Positions 51,960 to 64,000 of a stretch of 64,000 nt of DNA are shown here, piece by piece (positions within the stretch are counted from its first letter, which is position 1; every line of letters begins with the position of its first letter). Source of the stretch: Cetorhinus maximus. Taxonomy: Eukaryota. A model generated the notes under the pieces. That model had not been told where the DNA came from. It made no database searches and saw only the letters and a list, made by a program, of their open reading frames with translations. The stretch is from the NCBI RefSeq assembly GCF_964194155.1, contig NC_135901.1, forward strand, positions 18,662,001 to 18,726,000, read 5' to 3'. A program made the translations under genes and the position numbers.

Positions 51960-53980
51960 TAAAATATTTTACAATATCTATAAAAGAATGATGGCTGTAA
52001 TGGGAATTGGACAATTAAGGGATTAGACAGGATAATACCGCAGGGAATGATAGAGAGATGTCAGAAATATTAGATAATTATTTTGTCTCATTGTTTCCCA
52101 GGGAGAGAGAACAGGTCAACAGCGCATTGAATTATTGAGATGAGTAATGTGATAAGTGCATCGAAAGCCAAGAAAGGATGTTTTGGATAAACTAAATAAA
52201 CTCAAAGAGGATAAAGTGGTCCGGATTGATTGATTTCACATAAAGGAGTGTAGGGAAGAAATAGCAGCGGCAGTACTGCTCATGCTTAATAATTAATTCA
52301 AAAGGTGTAGCACCAGAGGACTGGTGGATAGTCAATGTAATTCCTGTATTTAAGAAGGGGGACAGGACATGTCCAGGGAATTATAGACCATTCAGCTTAA
52401 CATCGGTGGCAGGAAAAATAATAGAATCTCTACTAAAGGTGAGAATAGAAGAACAACTAGAATTGAGAAATACAACAATGAACAGTCAGCATGGATTTCA
52501 AAAGGGAAAATCTTGTCTAACCAACCCTACTGAATGTTTTTGGGATGTAACAGAATGGACAATGGTGATGTATTAGGTATAATTCATCTGGATTTTCTAA
52601 AGGTCTTCGATAAGATGCCTCATAATAGACTAATGAATAAGGTCAGAGAATGTGGATCAGGGGACAAGTGACAGAATGGATCGCTTGCTCGCTTCAAGAC
52701 AGAAAGCAGAGAGTAAAGGGGAGTTATTCAGAGTGACAGAAGGTAGGAAGTGATGTTCCACAAGGATCAGTGCTGGGACCACAGCTGTTCACAATTTACA
52801 TTAACCATTTGGATTTTGGAATCTAATACAAAATCTCTAAATTTGCAGATGATACCAAATTGGGGGGCCGGGGTGGTGTGGGGGGTGGCGTTAGTATTGA
52901 GGACTGCAACAGATTACCGGAGGATATTAACAAACTTACAGAATGGACAAATAATTGGCAAATGAAATTCAACACAGAAAAATGTGAGGTAGTACATTTT
53001 GATAGGAAGAGTAAGGAGGTCAGTTATTCTATGTAAGGTGTGAGTCTAGGTCAGGTAGAGGAACGAAGGGATCTCGAAGTACAAATACATCAATCACTAA
53101 AAACTGTGTCCCAGGTTAGCAAGGACATTAAAAAAAATACAAACCAAGAACTATGCTTTACTTCTCAAGGGATAAAATTAAAAAGTAGTGTTATGCTAAA
53201 TCTTTATTGGACCTTGATTAGTCCCGTTTGGCATACTTTAATAGCCTTCTGTCTCATTTGGTTTGCATCTTAAGTGTTCAATTCTGTTTTAAACATCACT
53301 TGGTGTAGTTCAGGAGCCTCACTCTGCCAAGACAGTACCTGCTGTAATTGTTGCAGAGGAAGACCGTGGGCTGAGAAGGTGAGCAGTGAGCAGGATTCAC
53401 TGGTCTCTGTTTTCCCTGGAACCACTTCTCAGAAAACTGAGCTTTCCATTTCTCTGGTATCCCAAATTATAAAATGGATATAGAGACACTGGAGAGAGAG
53501 CAGAGAAGATTTACAAGGATGATACCAGAAATGTGTGGGTTTACATATCAGGAAAGGATGAACAAGCTGTATTTCTTTTCTCTTGGAAAAGAAGGCTTGA
53601 GTGGTGACCTAATCGAGGTCTTTAAAATGATGAAATGTTTTGATAGGATACAGAGAGAACGTTTTCTCTTGTGGGGAAGAGCAAAACCAGAGATCATCAA
53701 TATATGATAGTCACCAAGAAATCAAATAGGGAATTCAGAACAAACTTCTTTACTGAGAGAGTGGTGAGAATGTGGAACTCAGTACCACACAGGGGGTGGG
53801 TGAAGTGAATAACTTGGATGTGTTTAAGGGGAAACTAGACAAGCATTTAACAGAGAAGAGAATACCGGGTTATGATGGTAGCTTTAGATCTCCAAAGATG
53901 GGAGGAGGCTCAAGTGGAACATAAACACCGACATGGACTGGTTGGGCTGTTTCTATGCTGTATGTCCTATGTAACCCTAT
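51960..53980 (+). mobile_element. Old CR1 ORF2 (RT to tail), with an unrelated ~230-bp insert at 53225-53450
   Basis: PGNYRP, QHGF, QGSVLGP and KFADDTK remnants; tail ~53970. Confidence 0.8.
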
Positions 53981-53984
53981 GTAA

Positions 53985-54340
53985 GGCTTCAACTGATCGT
54001 CCAACCTGGAGAGACACAAGGACACTTGCTCCACAGAGAAACCATGGAAATGTGGGGCTGGCAGGAAGCGACTCAGTTGTCCGTTCCTGCTTGAAACATA
54101 TCAATACTGCCACAAGGGGGAGAGGCCGTTTATCAACTTCCTGTGTAGGAAACAATTCATCAACTCATCCAGACTCCAGAAACATCAGCGAGTTCACCCT
54201 GGGGAGAAGCAGTAAAACGTGCTGTGTGTGTGGGAAGACATACACTCAATTATCCAGCCTCTGGATAGACCAGTGAGCTGACACCAGGGAGATGCTGTTC
54301 ATCTGCTCCATAGGTGGGAAAGGATTTGCTTGTGTGTTCA
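53985..54340 (+). pseudogene. Decayed ZNF fragment
   Basis: SNLERHKDT..EKPWKCG and HQRVHPGE remnants. Confidence 0.7.
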
Positions 54341-54349
54341 GCCTCATTT

Positions 54350-54450
54350 ACAGAAAATGCGAGAAAAACTCAGCAGGTCTGGGAGCATCTATGGATAGGG
54401 AAACAGAGTTAATGTTTCGAGTCTGTGTGACTCTTCCTCAGTCCTGAACT
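54350..54450 (-). mobile_element. Penelope-type unit with hammerhead motif at 54407-54441
   Basis: Reverse complement: CTGAGGA-a-GAGTC-acaca-GACTC-GAAA-catt-aact. Confidence 0.6.
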
Positions 54451-54459
54451 AACAAATTT

Positions 54460-54760
54460 GCAATGTAAAGCTAGTCTCAGTAATAGTGACCAAGACAACT
54501 GTCATCAATTGTTGTAAAAACCTCTCTGGTTCACTAATGTCCTTCAGGGAAGGAAATATGCCATCCTTATCCAGCCTGGCATTCATGTGATGCCAGATCC
54601 ACTGCAATGTGGCTGACTCTTAACTGCCCTTTGAATTGGCTGAACAAGCCACTCAGTTGTATTCAAGAAAGTGGCTCACCAGCACCTTCTCAAGGGCAAT
54701 TAGGGATGGGCAACAAATGCTGGCCTTGTCAACAATGCCCACATTCCATAAATTATAAAG
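54460..54760 (+). mobile_element. SINE body/tail
   Basis: Same family as 10895-11070. Confidence 0.7.
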
Positions 54761-54959
54761 AGAGAAATCACATTCAGGAATGAACCATGTTCATTCACAC
54801 TACACTGTGTTATTCCCTGAAATAATTCCTGCTGTCTGTCCTGAATGAATCCATTGCATGAACAAATGTTGAAATGTTTGCTCCACACCCACAGGGTTTC
54901 ATCTGTTTAAAGCCACAAACAGAAAGCTCCAGTTTTCTCCTGGAGTTTGAGAAAAATCA

Positions 54960-55150
54960 GCTTCCAAAATTACACAGAATTTCAGCCAATGAGGGAGACG
55001 TGGGCTCAGCTCCACCCCTCATTCACTCGAATTGGTTGGAGGACCAGGGGCTGTCACTAGGTCCTTCAGTCCCACCCCCTCTTCCTATTGGTCGGAGCTG
55101 CGGTCAATCACTCGGGCATTGTGAGCTGTCAGGTGTGAGGTTGCTGGACG
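54960..55150 (+). promoter_or_regulatory. Orphan CCAAT promoter module (reverse complement of 1240-1410)
   Basis: CCAAT ~54986, ATTGG ~55031 and ~55087; gctgtcag|gtgtga ~55132. Confidence 0.55.
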
Positions 55151-55224
55151 GATGCTTCCTTCTCTGCTGTCCTATTAGGAGATCCTGTGATTTATAATAA
55201 TATATTGATTCATAGTAAACATAA

Positions 55225-56000
55225 TATGAAAGAATCACAGAGCACAGATGGTGGCCATTCAGCCCATTGTGTCTGTGCTGTCTCTGAAAATGTGACAATC
55301 CGTCCCACTCTCGTGCTCTTTTCCGAGAGCCCTCCAAATCTTTCCTTATTAAATCAAAGTCCAAATCAGTTTTGAGTTACAACAGAATCTGCTTCCACCT
55401 GTCATTCAGACAAGGTGTTCCAGATCATCGTAACTCACTGAGTAAAATAATCTCTCCTCATCTTCGCCCTGGATTTTTACCAGTTGTTTTAAATCTCTGT
55501 TCTGTGGTTACCAACTATCCTGTCAATGGAAACAATTTTTCCCTACATAGATGAAAGCTCATCAAAAATGCCCACAACTGTATTAAATCACTCCTTAACC
55601 TTCTCTGCTGTAAAGAGAACAACTGCAGCTTCTCCAGTTTCTCCATGTAACTCAAAACCCTCATCCTTGATACCATTCTGGTAAATTTTCCCTGCACCCT
55701 CTCCAAGGCCTTGACATCTTTCCTAAAGTGTGGTGCTCAGAACTGAACACAATATTTCAGATTAGGATTAACCCCAGATTTATAAAGATTCAGGATAACT
55801 GACTTGCTTTTGTACTCCATGCCTCTATTGATAAATCCAAGGTCCCCATGAACTTTTTTCAAACAGCTTGATCAACTTGTCCTGTCGTATTCAAGGATTT
55901 GTTCACTTACACTCCCAGGTCACTCTGTTCCTGCATTTTGTTTAAAATTGTACCATTTAGTTTATACTGCCTCTCCTCATTCTTCCTTCCAAAATGCAAT
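55225..56000 (-). mobile_element. CR1 3' fragment
   Basis: ERVQGKFTRM..LFSLQQRRLRSDLI. Confidence 0.8.
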
Positions 56001-56429
56001 ATTGACTGTGAATCACTTTGGGATGTTCTGAGGGTGTGAAAGGTGCTAAATGAACATGAGACCTTTCTTTTTTACAGCTGATTAAAAGTTGTGGATTTTG
56101 CTCCAAAGATTAAATTGGGATTGATATTCAAAATTAACTACTTTACTGCAGAAACAGCTTCAGCTGGGAGTCAGTGAATTAAGAGAAAAGATCCCAGACA
56201 GCGGTTCTTCAAGGTACACTGCAGGACCGACAGCTCAATCAGTTCGACTCTCAGCTCAGGAGACCTCAACAGCTCCACATACTGTTCACAGGGGAGTTCT
56301 CCAGGTGCCGTGGTGCAAACATCCATGTTTTAACTAACACCACCAAAAAAAATCTGGACTTCTTGGTTATTCATCTGATTGCTGTTTATGGAATCTTACT
56401 TTGCAAACTGACTGTTGTGAAACAGTTAC

Positions 56430-57840
56430 AGCTTGTATTTATAGAACATGTTTATTGTAATAAAACTTTGCAAGGTGCTTTAGAGGAGTTTCATAAAGCA
56501 AAATTAGAGACCGAGTCACTAAGGGCGATACACTAAGGGCGATATTAAGCTAGATGGCCAAAAGCTGGATTTGAGAGGCAGATTGTAACAAGCATCTTTA
56601 ATCAGGAGAATGGCAGAGAGGTTTAGGGAGGGAATTTCAGAGCTTCATGCCTAGGCCCCACCACCAATGCTGGGGTAATTAAAATCAGGGATGCTCTAAA
56701 GAGGCCAGAATGAGAGGAGCGCAGATATCTCAAACAGTTGTGAAACTGGAGATTAGAGATAGGGAGGGACAGGGCAATGGAGGGATGTGAAAACAAGGAT
56801 GTGAATTTTAAAATCAAGGCATTGCTTGACCTGGAGCCAATGTAGATCAGTGAGCACTGGGGGGGGATGAGTGAACAGGACTTGGTGTGAGAAAGCACAG
56901 GGGCAGCAGAGTTTTTGATGAGATCATGTTTCTGTGTATGGACAGGGTGAGTGTGAGAGGCTTGTCAGGAATGTGGAGACAGGCGATATTATGGAGATTG
57001 AAATATCTGGTATTAGTGATGGTCTGGATATGTGGTCAGAAACTCATTTTGGGGTTAAATCTGACACCAAGATTGTGAAGAGTGTCGTTCAGCCTCAGAT
57101 AGTTCCCAGGGAGAGAGATGGACTCGGTAGTTAGGGAACGGAATTTGGAGAGGCGACCGAAGACAATGGCTTTGGTCTTCCCAATTTTTAATTGGAAGAA
57201 ATTTCTGCTCATCCAGTGCTGGATGTCGGATAAGCAGTTTGATAATTTAGTAACAGTGGAGGAATGGAGAGGGATGGTGGGGAGGTAGAGCTGGGCATTG
57301 TCAGTGTACATGTGAAAACTAACACGGTCATCTGGTGACAACATGTAAATGAGAAATATAAGGGACCAAGGTCAGATCCTTGGGGGACACCAAGTACAAG
57401 GGCTTTGGAGAGGAAAGGGAGGTTGGAGATGGGGCAGTAGTTTGCAAAAGTGCTGGGGTGAAGGGTTGTTTTGTTTTAGGGCGGATAATGACGGTGCATT
57501 TAAAGGCAAGAGGGACAGTATCAAAAGAGAGAGAGAACCATTAACAATATCAGCTAACATGGGGAAGATGGATGGTCAGCAGTTTAGTGAGAATAGGGTC
57601 AAGGGAGCAGAGGGTGTGTTTCATGGACAAGATGAGCTCTGAGGGAGATAGAGGATAGGAGAGAAACTGGAGAAAGATGTGAATTCAGGGCTTAGACAAG
57701 GGGGAACTTTAGAGGCAGTTTGTCTCAGTGGGCTAGTGGAAGAGAGGGAAGCAGCAGAGGCAGCTGATTGATTTATCGCAATCTTAGTGACAAAGAATCT
57801 CCATGAGCTCCTTGCACTTGTTGTTGGAGCTCTGGATGGA
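56430..57840 (-). mobile_element. L2 LINE fragment (RT to 3' end)
   Basis: FHMYTDNAQLY...CLSDIQHWMSRNFFQLKIGKTKAIVFG...NLGVRF. Confidence 0.8.
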
Positions 57841-58060
57841 TGAGACAGGGGAAAGAAAGAGCTTTCAAAAGGAACTAACACGTTAGAGATATTAAAAAGA
57901 TTCAACACACTTTGTTTAGCACAAAGCTGTTTTATTTGACTTTTATCCACAGTTTTAACCACAATAACTGGGCTGAAGTTTATTAACATCAGCAGAAACA
58001 GACCCCAATGAACAATGGTTCACCCCAAATATAATTAACAGAAAAATACAATCATTATCG

Positions 58061-59098
58061 TTATTTGTGAACTCGCTGGTGTAGCAGCAGATTGGATAAC
58101 TGAGTGAACCCCTTCCCGCACTCAGAACAGGTGAATGGCTTCTCCCCAGTGTGAATTCGCTGATGTGTCAGCAGGTGGGATGACTGACTGAACCCCTTCC
58201 CACATTCAGCACAGGTGAATGGCCTCTCCCCAGTGTGAGTGCGCTGGTGTGTCAGCAGGTGGGATGACCGAGTGAATCCCTTCCCACAGTCAGAGCAGGT
58301 GAACGGCCTCTCCCCAGTGTGAACTCGCTGGTGTTCCAGCAGAGTGGATGACCGAGTGAATCCCTTCCCACACTCGGAGCAGGTGAATGGCCTCTCCGCA
58401 GTGTGAACTCGCTGGTGTACAATCAGATCAGGTGATCGCCTAAACCCAGCCCCGCAGTGAGAGCACCTGAACGGCCTCTCGCCAGTGTGAAAACGTTGAT
58501 GAAACATCAGTTCCCAGGAACTTTTAAAGCCCTTCCCGCAGTCTGGACACTTAAAAGGTCTCTCCCCAGTGTGAATTCGCTGGTGTGTCAGCAGGTGAGA
58601 TGAGTGAGCAAATCCCTTCCCACACTTTGAGCAGATGAATGGCCGCTCCCCAGTGTGAATTCGCTGGTGTACAGTGAGGACAGATAATGTCTTGAACCCA
58701 GTTCCACAGTGAGAGCACCTGAACGGTCTCTCATCAGAGTGAACACGTTGATGGCCAGTCAGTTCCCGGGGACTTTTATAGCACTTCCCGCAGTCTGGAC
58801 ATTTGAAAGGCCTCTCATCAGTGTGAACTTGTCGATGTTGCAGCAGGGTGGATGAACAAGTGAATCCCTTCCCACACTCAGAGCAGGTGAACGGCCTCTC
58901 CCCAGTGTGAACTCGCTGATGATTTTCCAGCTCAGATGGGTAATTAAATCCCTTCCCACAGTCCCCACATTTCCATGGTTTCTCCCTGTTGTGACTGCAT
59001 TTATGCTCCGACAAGTCAGATGATTGGCTGAAACCTTGTCCACACACAGAGCACTTGTACGGTTTCTCCTCACTGTGAACGGTGCTTTCTCCTTCCAT
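58061..59098 (-). CDS. C2H2 zinc-finger protein, 12 fingers, no KRAB
   Basis: Open ORF from ATG 59098 (MEGESTVH...); acceptor tgcag| ~59206; minus-strand AATAAA at 57931. Confidence 0.92.
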   Translation of the reverse strand: MEGESTVHSEEKPYKCSVCGQGFSQSSDLSEHKCSHNREKPWKCGDCGKGFNYPSELENHQRVHTGERPFTCSECGKGFTCSSTLLQHRQVHTDERPFKCPDCGKCYKSPRELTGHQRVHSDERPFRCSHCGTGFKTLSVLTVHQRIHTGERPFICSKCGKGFAHSSHLLTHQRIHTGERPFKCPDCGKGFKSSWELMFHQRFHTGERPFRCSHCGAGFRRSPDLIVHQRVHTAERPFTCSECGKGFTRSSTLLEHQRVHTGERPFTCSDCGKGFTRSSHLLTHQRTHTGERPFTCAECGKGFSQSSHLLTHQRIHTGEKPFTCSECGKGFTQLSNLLLHQRVHK

Positions 59099-59509
59099 GT
59101 TCAAAATCTGATGGTATTCAGATTATGATAAATTAGGCAACTGTCAGATTTTGATGTGATGTTTGATATGAGTTTCCTGACTGCAAATCCTCTCCTTTTA
59201 ATACCCTGCAAAATTGATTTAAAACAGAAAAAAAGGAGTGAGAGAGAACCTACAAAAACACAAAGGCAGATGTAAATATGGTAATTTGTGGGGCTGGCAT
59301 GAGGAAGAAGTGACCATGAAAGCTGCTGGATTGTCGTTAAAAACCCAGCTGGACGACTAATGTCCTTCTGGAAAGGGAAACTGCCACCCGGTCTGGGCCT
59401 ACACAACACTAGATGGGAGGAGAGAGCAAGAGAGAGAAGCAGTAGGGTGGGAGAGGCAAGGGGTGAAGAAGGGGGATTTTACATATCTACAACTCAACCA
59501 GAACTTTCA

Positions 59510-60330
59510 CAGAACCTCCCAAATCCTCAACCTCCATCACTTAGAAGGACAAGGACAGCAGGCATGTGTGAAGACCATCATCTCCAAGTTCCCCTCCAAG
59601 TCACATATTGTCCTGACTTCTCTGACATCCAGTACCGCATGAACAGAAATTTCCCCCATTTAAATATTGAGAAGACGAAAGCCATTGTCTTCAGTCCCCG
59701 CTACAAACTCCACTCCCTGACCACCAACTCCAACCCACTCCTGGCAACTGTCTGAGACTGAATCAGACTGTTCACAACCATGGTGAAATATTTCACCCCA
59801 AACTGAGCTTCCAGCTGCAGATCAGCATCATCACCATTACTGAATGTTTTCACCTCTGACACTGCCCTCGTCCCAGCTCATCTGCTGCTTAAACTTTCAT
59901 CCATTCTTTTGTTACCTCTAAACTTAACTATCCCATCACACTGCCGGCCGGCCTCCCACATTCAATCTCCCTGTAATCTTGAGGTCATCCAAAACTCTGC
60001 TCTCTGTGTGTTTACTCAGACCAAGTCTTGTCCAGCCATCAGCCCTTTACTCACTGATCTACAAAGGCTCCTGATTCATAAAACTCCTGTGAAGCAGCCT
60101 GAAAAGGTCTAATACATGAAAGGCATTATACAAATACAAATTGTTATTGTTGATATTGGACATATTCCACTGTATCCTGTAACTGCTTATCTAACAGCAT
60201 TGTGGGAGCACCTTTACCACACAGACTGCAGTGGTTCAAGAAGGTCAAACATCATCTCCTCCACAGGTAACGGGATGGGTAATATCTGCTGCTGGTCTTG
60301 TTAGTGAAAGCACAGGGGAGTGGGACTAGC
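59510..60330 (+). mobile_element. Decayed L2 and CR1-group fragments
   Basis: SDIQYRMNRNFPHLNIEKTKAIVF (L2) in ORF 59360-59755. Confidence 0.6.
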
Positions 60331-60539
60331 TGATTTGGTCTTGCAGAGAGTGAGCACAGGCAGGACGGGCTGAATAGCCTCAGCCTGTATTGTAATCCTT
60401 CAGTGATTATTTGACTCTATGAAAAAGTTCCTAAATTAGAGGCCAGGAACTATTTCTACAACCAATGCCTACCCTACAACAAATCGGCTTTTAATTGGTC
60501 CATCTGTGTTTCTAGGCTCGGTTCTGTGAACAACGCCTG

Positions 60540-60660
60540 CAATAAAATAATAGCAAAATACTGCAGCTGCTGGAAGTCTGAAATAAAAATAGCAAATGCT
60601 GGAAATACCGAGCAAGTCAGGTAGTATCTGTGGAGGGAGAAACAGAGTTAACATTTCAGG
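60540..60660 (-). mobile_element. Penelope-type unit truncated inside the hammerhead
   Basis: aaaatactgcagctgctggaagtctgaaataaaa...gagttaacatttcagg. Confidence 0.6.
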
Positions 60661-61294
60661 GTGTGCGTAATGAATTATGGGTAATAAAGATGGTGCAGAA
60701 TTTGGTGATCAATATAAGCTCAGAAGTGGAAGAGAAATGGACTATAGTTCAGGAAAAAAGAATTCCTGACAATGAAAGATATTGTGGGAAGATAAAGCTG
60801 GTAAACCAGCAGCACATATTCGGGGGATGGGCAACAGTGGAAACCTCATATAGACACAGTTGGCAGAAGCAACAGTAAAATAGTAAACATAACTAAAATA
60901 CACCAATTATTAGAGGCAGAAGAAGTTGAACAATAGCAGACAGGTGATCAAGGAGGGCAGAGGTGAAACAGAGCAATGGATGGACATGGATTCAGACCCA
61001 CAGTAAAGGAGCCACACCAGTCCCAGAGCTATGGAACCAAAGCACAGCACTAAAAGTACTAAATTGTAGATGAATATTCAAAAATACTCACCTCTGAAAC
61101 AACTCCACTGTTTTCAATATTAAAATCTCCTGCTGGAGCCTGCAGCTAGAAAGATAGCAGAAACACTGGAGTCAGAGAAAAATCTCCCAGTTGAGGAAAT
61201 ACCTGGGGAGCGGGGTGATGTCACCGCGCAATTGTCAGTACGTGATGACATCACAGACATGAACACAGAACATCTGGGTCTGTGCAAACCAGTG

Positions 61295-61620
61295 ATCACC
61301 ACACATTATGAAGGATGTGAGGATCCTTGAGAGGGTGCAGAGAAGATTTACCAGAATGTTTCCAGGGGTGAGGTATATTAATTGGCAGGTTAGGTTGGAG
61401 AAACAGGGATTGTTCTCCTTGGAGCATCGGAGATTGAGGGGAGATTTGATAGGGGTGTTTATGATCGATTTAGATAAGGTAGGTAAAGAAAAGCTGTTCC
61501 CATCAGCTGATTGTAAAAGGATTACAGGACACAGATTTAAGATTTTGAGCAAGATCTACAGGAGGGATGTGAGGAAAAAGTTTTACACAGTGAGTAGTAA
61601 TGACCTGGAACTCAATGCTT
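61295..61620 (+). mobile_element. CR1 fragment
   Basis: ERVQRRFTRM...RLRGDLI...ITGHRFK. Confidence 0.8.
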
Positions 61621-61629
61621 GCACTCATA

Positions 61630-61935
61630 GGCTGATAATATCCAGGTCCTAATGAATCAAGTGATTCTGTCAGGTTTTGAAGTGAGATTTGGTTTGAGTT
61701 TCCTATCTGCTAATACCCTTTAAAAGTTTACGAAAGCTATAACTGTCAGTCCAAGATTAAAATTTCCGAAGAGACAAACATTTCTCTTGATTGAGTTTGC
61801 TGTGTGTAAATCCTCCCCTTCTAACCCCGTGCAAAAGGAGTTTCCAAAATCCATCCCTGTCAGTCCAGGATAGAAATTCACAACACTCTCCCCTCCTGCT
61901 GCCTTGCCCATGCACCCTGCTGCACATTTCCCCCG
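61630..61935 (-). pseudogene. Orphan doubled ZNF leader with no adjacent finger exon
   Basis: Colinear with 14450-14880. Confidence 0.6.
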
Positions 61936-62140
61936 TCATTGTTGTCGTCGGCAGTTTCTCGATTCGCAGATGACGTCTGTTCAGGGTCGTGAGTTTCTGT
62001 CGTGGGTCTTCATGTGACTGAACAGACCTGCAGATATTTGGGCACATGGGGCAGGACGTCCTATGAGGTCGTGGGATCTGGAGAGCAGGATTTGCTTCTC
62101 TTTCCTGCCTTCTCTGCTGCTGCTCTGCCTCATCAATAAG
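61936..62140 (-). mobile_element. RTE LINE 3' end
   Basis: CPMCPNICRS...HMKTH knuckle and (gac/aac)n tail. Confidence 0.6.
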
Positions 62141-62264
62141 GCATCTGGGTCTGTGCAAACCATGGTAATTGAGGGTCAAATTACCCAGGTCAAAGGCTAA
62201 TGCAGCTAATGGACAACTTGTCCCCATTCTGAATAGGTAACAAGCCCCGCCCAGTTATTACAAA

Positions 62265-62700
62265 GTTGCCCCTTACAAAGATGGCGGCCGCACATGCGCC
62301 CTGCTTCACATCGCCCCCTATAAAGATGGCGGTGGTTAACCTAGGCCCATCGCTCCAAGCTGTGGCCCCGTTCGGAGCAAAAGGGGGGACCGGGAAGTTA
62401 TTTTTCGGGCTTTGCGCTTACACATCATGTTTACAAAACCTTCCCGCCCACCCACCGATCTATCTATCCCTTCGTTCGGCAACTCTTACCGATTGCGGAT
62501 CTGACAAAGAAGCGTCCGTTCCTCGCCAGTATCAACACTGCGCATGTTTCACAGCCTGGCCCCGCCCCTTATTCACTCCCATTGGTTGGAAATCCAGCCG
62601 CTCCGGCTCGGTCCTCCAGTACTGCCCCGGATTCCTATTGGCCCGGTGCTGCCGTCAATCACCGGAGCATTGTGACGGTTTGAAACGCTGAGAGCGGCTG
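62265..62700. promoter_or_regulatory. CpG promoter: YY1 arm B (minus) plus CCAAT block (plus)
   Basis: aagatggcggcc 62278, aagatggcgg 62323, minus-strand donor cg|gtaaga ~62485, GC box 62560, ATTGG 62581 and 62637. Confidence 0.6.
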
Positions 62701-62839
62701 CAGCCTCAGCCTGACTTGCTGATTCTTGGCAGCATTTTCTGTTTGGGAATTAGAGCTAGAGATGACGTTCCCCTCTGTCCGGGGGGGATTCACACTCATT
62801 TCCCCAGTGCAGTGATTATCATGTTTACTGTACATGAGG

Positions 62840-63580
62840 AAACATATAGAAACATAGAAACTAGGTGCAGGAGTAGGCCATTCGGCGCTTCGAGCCTGCT
62901 CCGCCATTCATCATGATCATGGCTGATCATCCAACTCAATAGCCTGCTCCCTCTTTTTCCCCGTAGCTCTTGATCCCTTTTGCCCCAAGAGCTATATCTA
63001 ACTCATCCTTGAAAGCATACAATGTTTTGGTCTTAACTACTTTCTGTGGTAGGGAATTCCACAGGCTCACCACTCTCTGGGTGAAAAAAATTCTCATCTC
63101 AGTCCTAAATGGTCTACCCCATATCCTCAGACTGTGACCCCTAGTTCTGGACTCCCCCACCATCGGGAACATCCTTCCTGCATCTCCCCTGAGAATTTTA
63201 TAGGTCTCTATGAGATACCACCTCATTCTTCCGAACTCCAGCAAATATAATCCAAACCTACTCAATCTCTCCTCATATGTCAGTCCCACCATCCCAGGAA
63301 TCAGTCTGGTAAACCTTCACTGCACTCCCTCTATAGCAAGTACACCCATCCTCAGATAAGGAGACCAAAACTGCACACAATATTCCAGGTGTGGTCTCAC
63401 CAAGGTCCTGTATAATTGTGGCAAGACATCCTAGCTCCTCGAATCCTCTCGTTATGAAGGCCAACATACCATTTGTTGTCTTTACTGCCTGCTGCACCTG
63501 CATGCTTACCTTCAGCAACTCTCAATTTATAGCCATTGAGACAATAATCTGCCTTCCTGTTTTTGCTTACCCCATTAAAT
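62840..63580 (-). mobile_element. CR1 3' fragment
   Basis: SRTRGHSLRI..FFTQRVVSLWNSLP; tail (tttctatg)n ~62845. Confidence 0.85.
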
Positions 63581-63814
63581 ATTAAATTAAAAATCTTTTG
63601 GAGGATACTTAATATCAAATAATATCAATTACTCGAGGGCCCTTCTTCCCTGCTCCTCGCTATTCCAGAATATAACCTTTACAAACGATCAACCACAAAA
63701 TAAGACCTTAAAAACTAGTAATGATAAAAGTAGTAAATACTTACCCGGCCGCACTCACAGTCCTCAACGGATCACCTCCTTCCCTCCTCACCGAACTCCC
63801 TCAGTCACCCCTGC

Positions 63815-64000
63815 TCTCCCGGCTCCTCTCGCGCTTCTCCTCAACCGTCGACCCCTCTCGCGCTTCTCTTCAACTCCCGACTCCTCTCGCGCTTCTCTTC
63901 AACTTCCGGCTCCTATCGCGCTTCCCTTCAACTCCCGGCTCCTCTCGCGCTTCTCTTCAACTCCCGGCTCCTCTCGCGCTTCTCTTCAACTCCCGGCTCC
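63815..64000. repeat. 29-bp CpG-rich tandem repeat running off the window end
   Basis: Unit caactcccggctcctctcgcgcttctctt (63871, 63900, 63929, 63958...). Confidence 0.9.

Noticed and set aside
56517-56545. 14-bp tandem duplication cactaagggcgata
   Set aside because: Ordinary slippage inside an L2 fragment
60660-61270. Possible coding exon (purine-rich, short open frames)
   Set aside because: No recognisable motif or clear splice sites; cannot be supported without a search

Overview
Vertebrate genomic DNA, most likely a cartilaginous fish (shark); this is inferred from the repeat content (HER1-like CR1 LINEs, Deu-domain SINEs, Penelope-type terminal repeats). The window is a tandem cluster of C2H2 (Kruppel-type) zinc-finger genes with no KRAB, SCAN or BTB domain that I can recognise. 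Five ORFs look intact (9, 7, 14, 9 and 12 fingers) and there are about seven pseudogenes or relics. The genes are built from reused parts: CpG-rich promoter/first-exon modules, often head-to-head, with CCAAT, YY1, NRF1 and ETS motifs; a conserved ~110-nt leader after a splice acceptor; a finger array; and a shared 3' UTR. Between the genes lie CR1, L2 and RTE LINE fragments (two near-full-length CR1s with an SGNH-esterase ORF1), SINEs, a 3.5-kb 46-bp satellite with an internal inversion and 5-mer higher-order repeats, and a candidate solo LTR. The most unusual signal is a family of short Penelope-type insertions, some with 13-15 bp target-site duplications and inverted arms, carrying a minimal type I hammerhead ribozyme motif. 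One set of well-preserved copies shares a CUGUUGA core variant. One ZNF coding exon appears to be locally inverted relative to its own leader and 3' flank. All calls were made by eye; repeat boundaries are approximate and nothing was database-searched.
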